Positions 21,947 to 31,517 of a DNA stretch of 64,000 nt are shown here, in pieces. Made by a program: the position numbers and the translations under genes. The stretch spans positions 2,688,001 through 2,752,000 of the forward strand of contig CP170459.1 in the NCBI GenBank assembly GCA_047947115.1, written 5' to 3'. The notes below the pieces were generated by a model that did no database searches, had not been told where the DNA came from, and saw only the letters and a list, made by a program, of their open reading frames with translations. Position 1 is the stretch's first letter. Each line of letters starts with the position of its first letter. This stretch comes from Verrucomicrobiota bacterium. GTDB taxonomy: Bacteria; Verrucomicrobiota; Verrucomicrobiia; Limisphaerales; AAA164-E04.

Positions 21947-22584
21947 TGATTAGTGTTGCCATTGTTGAAGACGCAGCAGGTGTTCGGGAAAGCCTGGCCA
22001 TGTTGGTGGACGGGACGGACGATTGCCGATGTGTCGGTCATTACGAATCAGTTGAACTTTTTCTTTCAATGTTGAAGGACATCGAGCCGGATGTGGTGCT
22101 GATGGATATCAATCTACCGGGTGGTTTGTCGGGTATTGAAGGGGTGAGGCGTCTTAAAATTACTCATCCCAAGACTCAAGTGATCATGCTGACGGTATAT
22201 GAAGAGACCGAGAAAATTTTTGACGCGTTGAAGGCCGGTGCTTCCGGTTACTTGCTTAAGAGGGCGACTACGGAGGAAATCCTTGCAGCGATCCATGAAG
22301 TCAAGGGAGGGGGATCGCCCATGACACCTCATATCGCGAGGAAAGTGGTGCGGTCTTTTCAAGAGGTGAAGCCATCAACCCAAGTGCAGGAAACCTTGGC
22401 CAAACGTGAGAGAGAGGTCCTTCAGTCGCTGGCAGTGGGTTTCACTTACAAAGAAATTGCCGATACCTTGGGAATCAGTATTGAAACAGTCCGAACTTAC
22501 TTGCGTCGGATCTATAAGAAACTTCAGGTCAACACGCGGACTGAGGCGGTGGGCAAATATGTTTCAAATGACGGAACGGTTTAA
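21943..22584 (+). CDS. NarL/FixJ family response regulator (REC + LuxR HTH)
   Basis: IVED, VVLMDINLP, GASGYLLK, REREVL...YKEIADTLGISIETVRTY; overlaps the kinase stop (ATGA). Confidence 0.95.
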   Translation: MMISVAIVEDAAGVRESLAMLVDGTDDCRCVGHYESVELFLSMLKDIEPDVVLMDINLPGGLSGIEGVRRLKITHPKTQVIMLTVYEETEKIFDALKAGASGYLLKRATTEEILAAIHEVKGGGSPMTPHIARKVVRSFQEVKPSTQVQETLAKREREVLQSLAVGFTYKEIADTLGISIETVRTYLRRIYKKLQVNTRTEAVGKYVSNDGTV

Positions 22585-22679
22585 TGCTTCTATGGGCCAT
22601 CCGTTCCTTGTCCCCGAACCATGTGATGGCAGGTTTGGTGTGGTGCGATAGTATACCTTCTTTTTAACCTGAAACACCC

Positions 22680-25600
22680 ATGAGAATTTTGAATAAACGC
22701 CGTGATTGGTTCCCTTTCCAGTGTCGCTTTACCTGTGATTCATGGTTGTTGCCTATCAGCCTTTTAGCCAGCCTGTCGCTTGCGTTCGCTCAGGAGACCA
22801 TCAACGTGGATATCCAAGTCGACGGCAATGACTCTTACAGTGGGCCGAATGCTGCCGGCCAGTCCAATCCTATTTGGAATTATGCTGGAAGTGACCAAAC
22901 CAACTCGCTGGTGAACTCAAGTGGTTCCCCAACGGCGGTCGGTTTGACGTTGCAACACGCGAATGGTCGTTGGAAGACCGATTGGAGCACGCATGATTTG
23001 TTGGAAGATTTCATGTAGCGGGACGCCAATGCCGAAGGGCAGGTCATACTGAATGGATTGAATACGACGAAGCGTTATCATTTGCATGTCTATACCGGTG
23101 TCGAAGGAGGACAGTATCGGGTGGGAAGCCAAGTGCTGCACAGCGTGTATTCGGGTGCCAATGCTGGTGGAGATCCGGCGTATGCCGTCGGCACTTCTTT
23201 TGTTCAGGGAAAAAACGTTGTCACTTTTAAGGATCTTATTCCGGATGATCATGGCACAATGGTTCTTTACTACAGGGATTCACCATTGACCACAGCGCCA
23301 CATGGAAACAAGGCTGGTTTCACCCTTGAAGAAATACCCGACCTTTCAATTCCCATCCATGTGGATATCCAGGCAGGGAGTAGTGCTGGGTATGCCGGCA
23401 GTTCGGCATTCGACAGTGGTACGCCGATCTGGAACCACGTTTCACCGGATGCCGTATCAGGTTTGGTCAATGCCCGCGGCGAGAAAACCGCCATTGGTTT
23501 GGACATGTACGGAGCCAATGGGCGTGAGGTGACTTCCTGGACGACGCATGCATTACTGGGTGACTACCTCTACCGGGATCGCCACGGAACCGGAAATGCG
23601 GTGCTGACCGGATTTCCTCCCAACATGTCACTGGACCTGGTCCTCTACTCTGGTCTAGAGGGAGGCAAATGGGCGGCCAGTGGTAGAACAGCGCGCAATG
23701 CCTTCTCCGGCACAGGTGTCGGAGGGGATCCGGCTTATGCTCCCGGTGCCGCATGGGTGGAAGGGAAGAATTTTGTGGTCTTGCGAGGTGTGACTGCCGA
23801 TGGGAATGGCAACCTGCATTTGACCTACGGCGACAATCCTGATGACTCTGGAGATTACGGATTATTTGCGGGATTTTCGGTGGGGAAAGCCGGCACGTAT
23901 AGTGGGCCGTCCTCTTCTCCTGTTGCTCCTCCTCCGGCCACAAGTGGGACGCAGGTTGTATCCACCATTGCCGGGTTGGCCACGCTTTCACCCGGAACAG
24001 GCAGCACCGTGGTCATCAGTGGCCTGCCGGGTGGAACCAGCCTTACCTTGCGGGATGTTCAACCCGGACCGCCGTTGACCGCATCCCGGGGAGATTTGTA
24101 TTGGCTGGGATTTCCGATGCCAATCGCCAGTGTCGAGTGGGTTCCTGCGCGATCTGTCATTCGATTTAATGCAGACTTTGGATTGCCGTTTCCACTCTTT
24201 ACCGATGATTTCAATAATCCCATTCGACAGTCTGTCACACTGGAAGTCGACGCCGCCGGAAAGATTTCAATCATCGGAGGAAACATCTTCATCAAGGAAC
24301 TCAAAGTAGGGAAAACACTTCAGCTGGCCAATCTGGCCCTGCAGTTCGACAGCGCGACCAACACGGTGGGAGGCAGTGTTGAGGTGGCGATTGGTAATGG
24401 GAAGCCGGACCCTTGTTCTCCGGGGGAAAAAACCTATCCCTTCGTCGGTGGATTTATCAAGTTCCGCAATGGACAGCTGGATACGCTCACTGTCGGAGGA
24501 AGCAATCTCCGACAGCCAGTGGGCGCTGCCTATCTGGATCTGATCCAGGCAACTATTCGCAACTTGACCGATCCGAATGGGAATTGGGAAATCGAAGGGC
24601 GGATGCTCCTGAACGGTGGCTGCCCGATATCCATTCCCGGTGCAGACGTGTTTCCAGTGACCATTGATACCCAGGGGAAATATAGCAACGATCGAACCTT
24701 TTCTCTGAATGGGCAAGGGAAGATCTTCAACATTCAAGTTGCTGAGGCCGGTTTGACCGTGACACCGAGTGTGGTGGCAATGAATACCAAAATTGATTTT
24801 GCGGGGGCTTTCAACACCGACACCCGAATGACCATCGATTCGAATGGTGTCGCCGGTCGCTCGACCGGCACCCTGCGAGTGCCGGACAGTGTTGGTTGGG
24901 GATTAGGGGGGATGACGTTTGCCAATACAACTGCCACCTTGGACGGGAATGGGATCACTGGCAGTGTTTCCGTTCTGGTATCCCAGGGTTCCGCGGGATA
25001 TTGGACGGGGGGCTACAATAAGCGGGTGGGTTACAAAGGTCGCGCCTGTACACCCATTTTTGGAACTCCCTGCTGGGATGTTGATTTGTGTTGTGTCGAT
25101 CTCTGGATCCCTAAAGTGTGGGTACCCGCTATTCCGGAAGTCCGGTCAAATTTTGGCTTCTCCTATTCATGGTCTAACAACAGTTTGAATTTTCTGCCGC
25201 GATCAGAAGCCGTGCGGGATCCCTGGGATGATGGTTTTCGTCCGAGGATTCAGGTTCCGGAAAGTGGCGGATACCTGACACTTATGACCAATTGGGAACG
25301 TCTGGATCGTTCCTCTTCAGGATTTGGTGGGCGTGGATTTGAGATAGGATCCAGTGGTCAGCCGGAATCTGTCACTGACATTCCGGAGGGGACACCCAGC
25401 GCAATTTTCCGTCTGAACTACACGGCGGAGGATGTTGAAGAACCTTCATTTCAACTCACTCTCCCAAGTGGAACCATCCTGACATCAAAGTTGGGGGGAT
25501 TGCCGTTTGGTTACGAAAATGCCGCCGGATACAGTCGCTCCAATCCAAAAGCCAGCGAAGTGGTGATCCTGCTTTATAATCCCGCACCAGGACCATACAA

Positions 25601-27185
25601 AGTGGTGGTCGATCAGTCAGCATCCTTGGGCGATTTCAGTGTGGATGTGTTGGGTGAAACCACACCTCCATTTGGTGAAATAGTGCAAATGGAAGGTCCG
25701 GATGAATTTGGCTTGATCGAAGTTCTTTGGTTTTTGGAAGACATTGAAAATCCCGCGGAAGTTTCCTTCTACTTGCAACCCGATTCCGAATCGACTTCCG
25801 GTGGCATTCTCCTTGAGTCCGACATACGTAACGAATCAACTTCAGAAGATGATATAGAATATACCGTTTTCAATCTGGATGAAGTCGATGCTCCACCTGG
25901 ATTATATTACATCATGCTCAAGGTGAATGATGGGAATAACGAACCTTATTTTTCGTATTCAGATTACCAGATTGAATTTGATAACCCCGAGGCTCCGGAT
26001 CCCATCTGGGCCATATCCAGCGTGGCGGGTGACCGAAGCTTTACCCTCGAATGGGAAGCAAGCGACGCTGAAGATTTGGATCATTATGCCATTTTGTATT
26101 CAGAAGAACTGGACTCAGGAGAATTTGAGCACAGCATTCCAGTCGGAAAAGATGTGACTCGATATACATTGGATGGCTTGGAAAACGGAAAACCATACCT
26201 TGTGATAGTTGTGGCCCGTGATGTGGATGGTTGGCAATCTTGCGAATTGGATGTCCATCGTATCATCCCATCACGTGGCACCGGTCTGACACCGCCTGTT
26301 ATCGTGTCCACGCCGGACACCGATGCGACAGCAGAACATCAATACGCCTATTTTCTGCTTGGGTTCGATGGAGATGAAGCGATTGAAGCTGTGGATCTGC
26401 CTGATGATTGGGAACAAGCGGCTTTGGATCCCGACAGCTCGGAGCCAGCCTTAAGTTGGACCCTGGTGGCCGGACCCGATGGGATGACACTGGATCCCAG
26501 TGGCCTGTTGCTTTGGACCCCTCGGTCAGATGAGGTTGGGGAACATGACGTGATTGTTCAACTGAGTAAACCGTATCCGTCATTGACTGCAGATTCCTCC
26601 AAACCTCCATTGACGACTGAGCAGCATTTCAAGATCCAGGTGCTTGATGCATTTAATCTCAACGGACTTGAGGAGAATCCCTACACATTTATCAGCACAT
26701 CGCCCATCTACACCGAGGAAGGGGAGATCTACACTTACAAACCTCAAGTGCTGGGGCCGGATGAGGACACCCAAATCATCGTGGTCTTTGGTCCGGACGA
26801 CATGAATGTCAACGATGATAACGAGGTCGTTTGGGATGTGCCGACAGATGCACCCGGCTCTTTTGTGTGGTTACGGGGATTTACATCCGATGGATTTGTC
26901 GTGGAGCAGTTTTATTTCCTGCACGTACATTTATCCTGGAACCGTTTGCCGCAGGAACTGCGGATCACACAGATCGACCTTCTTGAAGAGGATGTGATGG
27001 TAAACTGGATAGGAAGTGCTCCCCAGGTGGTGGTTCAACGAGCGGACTCTTTGGAAAGCCCCCAATGGAAAACCATTTCCGATCCCATCGACCGGCACAC
27101 CATCAATCTGTTTACCGATCGAGACAACACCTTGGGTGCAGGTTATTACAGAGTGGTCGAAACACAGTCGGGAGCTGATCAATAG
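22680..27185 (+). CDS. Large exported multidomain protein (tandem N-terminal repeats, FN3, putative Ig/cadherin-like domains, C-terminal sorting-like domain) interrupted by an in-frame TAG at 23016-23018
   Basis: ORFs 22680..23018 and 23058..27185 share a frame. Signal peptide ends AFA-Q; two repeats (IxVDIQ...PIWN...GGDPAYA); FN3 (YTLDGLENGKPY); GPDGMTLDPSGLLLWTP Ig-like motif. Confidence 0.7.
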
Positions 27186-27382
27186 TATTTCAAGCTCGGA
27201 CCAACAAGTTCCCGTGCACAGGTAGATGGGGTTATTTTGTGCCGTGCGGTTGCGTGGCTCTTGAACCGCCCCGTTTTGTCAGCGATACGTGTGCAGGTTG
27301 GAGCCTGCATCGGGGTGTTTCCTTGGTGAGGTGAAAAGCAGCGGAAGGAGGCCGCAAGGGTTGCGCGTGGATGCGATCATCT

Positions 27383-27988
27383 CTACCTGGCATTCTCTTC
27401 GAAGAATTCCTGTTCGACGACTTCGCCGTGATCAAGCGTAACCTTAGCCTTGATGGATCCATTTTCATGCCATGAATGGGCCTCGCCGTGGGCGACACCG
27501 TTGGTCATTTGCATTTCTTCAGCCAATTGACCATTTGGATGCCATTTGCGAAAAGTGCCTTCGAACTGGCCGTTCTGAATGGTTCCCTCCGATTCCCTGG
27601 ATCCATCTTGACGCCATTTTTGGCGAAGTCCGTGTGCTACGCCTTTCTCGAATGATTCCTTTACCTGAAGTTGCCCGTTTTCGTGCCAACCTTCCGATAT
27701 ACCCTGCAATATGCCTTCGGATACCGCTGTCTGCGATTTGAGGGTGCCATCTTTGTAATAATCGACCACCACTCCCGTGAAGGGGGTGGTTTCATCAGGT
27801 GCGTAAATGAGGTCGTTTTCTTTACGGATATCCGATAATTTCAGGACGATTGGCTCGGGTGGTTTCACTTCCACATCGCGTGTCAGACCGATGTAAAATG
27901 CCGCAATCATCAGAACCAGCGCCGCCAACAGTGGCAGTGCGATTTTGGTTCCGATATACTTTTCCGAAGATTTTGATTCTGATTCCAT
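27383..27988 (-). CDS. Membrane-anchored MORN-variant repeat protein (YwqK-like)
   Basis: N-terminal TM, then repeated G...WHENGQL / WHPNGQL / WHENGSI units. Confidence 0.85.
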   Translation of the reverse strand: MESESKSSEKYIGTKIALPLLAALVLMIAAFYIGLTRDVEVKPPEPIVLKLSDIRKENDLIYAPDETTPFTGVVVDYYKDGTLKSQTAVSEGILQGISEGWHENGQLQVKESFEKGVAHGLRQKWRQDGSRESEGTIQNGQFEGTFRKWHPNGQLAEEMQMTNGVAHGEAHSWHENGSIKAKVTLDHGEVVEQEFFEENAR

Positions 27989-28283
27989 GAATGTGCGCTG
28001 ATGCGTTCAGGCAGCCTAAGGATGGCTTTTGAAGAAAGCAAACGAGAGAAGAATATTTTTCAGTTCACTCAAATATCACCGATCAAGGGCATGTTTGCCC
28101 TTGGGGTTTATTAACCGGATTCTGAAACACGGAACCATAGTACGGCCCGATTTCAGTAATCAGTTTTTCTGAGTGTTGCTCATGCTGGAATCCAACTGAT
28201 ACCGACGTAAGACTGAAACGGTTTTGAGAAATGTTGATTGGTGTTGGAAATCGAGTTTGTTTTCCCTCGCCAATGCCCAAGCA

Positions 28284-28553
28284 TCATTGTGTATCTTCGA
28301 TGGCTCTTTGCAATAAATTGGAGACGTCGTGTTGCTGAGCCCAAGATTTGAGGTAATCAAAGTGAAGGTCCCTGATCATGACTTTGATAATTCCGATGAC
28401 ATCCAACCATTGCTGTTCACACACTTCATTGCCGAGACGATCCCATTCCAGCTTTGAAAAATTAACGTGCTCTGGACTGGAAAAAGGAATTGTCGTATCT
28501 GAATCTGAGTGGGGGTTTTTCCAGACTATTCGACTTAACTGATTCCGGTCCAA
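28284..28553 (-). pseudogene. C-terminal remnant of a small nucleotidyltransferase-like hypothetical protein
   Basis: SPEHVNFSKLEWDRLGNEVCEQQWLDVIGIIKV...DYLKSWA resembles the SPEDxILxKLEWYR...RQWRDV...YLxxWA family from memory. No intact N-terminus; stops occur upstream. Confidence 0.5.
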
Positions 28554-28941
28554 ATCCTTCTTTTAGCTAAGTCGGTAATTCATTCGCCAACGAGCGGAAA
28601 TGTCTGGTAAACCAAACCACCCTCATGTCGACGGAATTCAACTGCGATTCCGGGAAATGGTAAAGATCAAACAAAAAACTGGGTCTGACCATGAATCCAC
28701 GAAAAACAAACGCTTCATCAGTCCAAGCGAAATGTGGCTTTTGACTTTCGCTGAAAACAGGAATCAGTTTCAACCGATTTATGGGTGTAGGCATACGAAC
28801 CTAAGATCCAGACCCTGTGCAAACACATTTGGGATAGAAAGGTGGCTGAAATGAAAATGAGATAGCAGAAATTTGAACAACATCTGAGACAAACTGAAAA
28901 TTGAAAGCATGTTCCCCCGCAATCCTCTATGGGGAGGTGTG

Positions 28942-29027
28942 TGGTACGCGAGAGAGGACTTGAACCTCCACGCCCTAAGGGCACCAGAACCTAAATCTGG
29001 CGCGTCTGCCAATTTCGCCACTCGCGC
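28942..29027 (-). tRNA. tRNA-Leu (anticodon TAG)
   Basis: Minus strand GCGCGAGTGGCGAAATTGGCAGACGCGCCAGATTTAGGTTCTGGTGCCCTTAGGGCGTGGAGGTTCAAGTCCTCTCTCGCGTACCA: acceptor stem, CCAGA/TCTGG anticodon stem around TAG, long variable arm, GTTCAA T-loop, encoded CCA. Confidence 0.97.
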
Positions 29028-29430
29028 ATCAATCGGTGAAACTCTAACGTGCTGTTCTGTGGTTTGGCAAGTCTCACCTTCGTTTCGTTTGAATCTATCT
29101 ATCATGGGGGGAGTGATGCACAGCGGTGGAATGCCTGTTTCACTTATCAAGAGATTTTTTAATCACAGTGTTCCGAACTGCGCTTCAGGGGTTTCGATCA
29201 GCATGACGCGCTCATGGACCTGCGGCAGCGGTTCCCTACCTGTTCCATGGTTCCGCTCTATGGGTTGGGTAGGCGTTTTTTGCTGCTTTTTTTCATAGTT
29301 TTGGCCATTCTGTCCCTTATTGCGGGTGTGAGTGGTGAATGGGCCTTTCTGAATAATTCACTATTCACGCATAAGGGATCGACCCGATCTACCCGCGACA
29401 GGGACGTCACGTTCTACCTTAGAGGATTGA

Positions 29431-30759
29431 ATGAAGAAGTGGATTGAGAACAGGTTTAAGTTGAGGCAGCTGGGTAGTGATTTTCGGACGGAAATCATCG
29501 CCGGGTTGACGACTTTTTCAGCGATGTCCTATATCCTGGCGGTGCATCCAGCCACCATGGCGGCGGCTGGCATGGAGCAGGCAGCGTTGGTGACGGTGAC
29601 GGCTTTGGCTTCGGCTTTCGGGTGTTTGTTGATGGGGGGGCTTGCGAATTCGCCGGTTGCTTTAGCTCCAGGGATGGGGATAAATGCCTTTTTCGCCTAC
29701 ACAGTTTGTGGGACGATGGGAATTCCCTGGCAGGCGGCTCTTGGTTGCGTTTTCTGGAATGGGATTCTTTTTTTTCTGCTGACTCTGACGGGGATGCGCA
29801 GGCGTTTGTTTGACTGCGTGCCACCGTGCCTCAAGATCGGTGTGCAGTGTGGTATCGGGCTGTTCATTGCTTTTATCGGGCTTTCTCAGTCCGGTTTGAT
29901 TGTGGATCATCCGGTTACATTGGTGACCATGGGGGAGATGCCATCTGCTCCGGGCTTGATGGTGTTGGGGGGAGTCGTTCTGATTGTTGGCCTTCAGAAC
30001 AGGGGCATTCCTGGTGCCATTTTGATTGGAATAATTGTGGTGGCTTTGCTTGGATTGTGGATTCGAGGTGAGGACGGCGAAGGTTTCACCAGGTTGCCCG
30101 AGCAGTTTTTTTCCAAACCAGTCTCCATGGCGCCTACGTTGTTGCAGGTGGATTTCCTGTTTCCGTTGCGTCAGCCAGCGGTGGCGTTGCCGATTGTCTT
30201 CAGCTTTTTGTTTGTTGACCTGTTTGACACGCTTGGAACTTTGGTGGGAGTGACCCGCAGCGCCAAGTTGTTGGATGATAAGGGTAATTACCCACAGATT
30301 CAGCATGCCCTGGCTGCTGATTCGCTTGCCACTGTCGGGGGGGCCTTGATGGGGACTTCCACGGTCACTTCCTATATTGAATCCACCGCCGGGGTGCGTG
30401 CGGGGGGGCGGACGGGCCTGACTTCCTGGGTCGTGGCGGGGTGTTTTGTGCTCTCCTTGTTTTTGACTCCTTTGATTTTGTCCATTCCGGTGGTGGCCAC
30501 TGCTCCTGCTTTGATTGTGATTGGATTAATGATGATGGACGGGATGCGGGATCTGAAATGGGGGGCTTGGGAGGACGTCTTTCCTGCGTTGATGGTATTG
30601 ATTGTCATGCCTTTGGCTTATTCCATCAGTGAGGGGATTGCTGTGGGATTCATTGTGTATGTCCTCTTGAGAGTCCTTTCCGGTCGATTCAAGGAAATCG
30701 ACTGGGTGACCGGGGGGCTGGCGGTACTTTTTCTCCTAAGGTTTCTTTGGCCTGATTGA
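29431..30759 (+). CDS. NCS2/AzgA family purine (guanine/hypoxanthine/adenine) permease
   Basis: TEIIAGLTTF, LAPGMGINAFFAY, GIGLFIAFIGL, FDTLGTL, TSYIESTAGVRAGGRTGL; SD-like AGAGGA upstream. Confidence 0.93.
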   Translation: MKKWIENRFKLRQLGSDFRTEIIAGLTTFSAMSYILAVHPATMAAAGMEQAALVTVTALASAFGCLLMGGLANSPVALAPGMGINAFFAYTVCGTMGIPWQAALGCVFWNGILFFLLTLTGMRRRLFDCVPPCLKIGVQCGIGLFIAFIGLSQSGLIVDHPVTLVTMGEMPSAPGLMVLGGVVLIVGLQNRGIPGAILIGIIVVALLGLWIRGEDGEGFTRLPEQFFSKPVSMAPTLLQVDFLFPLRQPAVALPIVFSFLFVDLFDTLGTLVGVTRSAKLLDDKGNYPQIQHALAADSLATVGGALMGTSTVTSYIESTAGVRAGGRTGLTSWVVAGCFVLSLFLTPLILSIPVVATAPALIVIGLMMMDGMRDLKWGAWEDVFPALMVLIVMPLAYSISEGIAVGFIVYVLLRVLSGRFKEIDWVTGGLAVLFLLRFLWPD

Positions 30760-30918
30760 TTTTTTTTAGTTTCAAACTATTTTCCATTTGAGAGAATTGG
30801 ATTTCATCCGATGTAGATGGCGGTGAAAGCCGACGACGCTGCAACTGGTGAGTGTGCGGGTGTCTGGAAAACTCTCGTACGGTGATCGGAACGAGTTTGA
30901 AGCTTCCCTCAAACGCAT

Positions 30919-31446
30919 ATGAAATGGAATATTCTGGTAGAACTTGAGCGACGCAAACATTCACGCGGGCAGGTCCGGAACACGGCGGCTCGTGGATTGG
31001 GTTTGGTCTCAGTGTTGTTGGTGTTTTACCTGGGGTTCGCTGAGTCGGTCGGTACATCCGAGCGATGGCAGCAGGTGGACAAAGTGATGCATTTTTCCCT
31101 TTTCGGTGTGTTTACTTTCATGTTTTTGCAATATGCGCGCTTCAAAGTGTTCCCCAAAATGGAGACTTGGTTCAGGGTATCCCTTATTTTCTCTGGATTG
31201 CTACTGTTAGGAGTCCTGGCTGAGTTTTCTCACTGGTTCATCCCCACTCGTACTTTTGAATGGTGGGATATGGCTGCCAATTGTGCCGGGATACTTGTTA
31301 TTGGGATTCCCGTGATTTGTATCATGCCTTTCCGTCAACGGCAGAATCAACTGGCGCATTTCGATCAGGCCAGGGCGTTTCGGGATGCGAATCATGCCGG
31401 ACTCAGATTGAGGCAGTATACGAGATCCAATGGGCGTCCAAACTAA
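30919..31446 (+). CDS. VanZ family membrane protein
   Basis: DKVMHFSLFG and E...FIPTRTFEWWDMAANCAG motifs. Confidence 0.8.
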   Translation: MKWNILVELERRKHSRGQVRNTAARGLGLVSVLLVFYLGFAESVGTSERWQQVDKVMHFSLFGVFTFMFLQYARFKVFPKMETWFRVSLIFSGLLLLGVLAEFSHWFIPTRTFEWWDMAANCAGILVIGIPVICIMPFRQRQNQLAHFDQARAFRDANHAGLRLRQYTRSNGRPN

Positions 31447-31517
31447 TCTCTCCAGATTGTTGCTTGAGTTTTTTTGTCATCGGTCGATTTATTAAGTAAG
31501 ATGAAAGTTCGACTGTC

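Noticed and set aside
23016..23018. Pyrrolysine or genome-wide TAG recoding
   Set aside because: No pyl genes in the window, several genes end properly at TAG, and the position aligns with Tyr in the sister repeat.
27383..27988. YwqK-like protein as an antitoxin of a toxin-immunity pair
   Set aside because: No adjacent toxin gene is recognisable; MORN-variant repeats with a TM anchor are common stand-alone proteins.
28779..29298. ORFs overlapping the tRNA
   Set aside because: Shadow ORFs across tRNA-Leu.
29250..29430. Purine riboswitch upstream of the NCS2 permease
   Set aside because: A TTCTACC word is present, but I could not find the TATAAT...ATATGG and CCGTAAA elements or the three-stem junction. 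An Rfam covariance scan would be needed.
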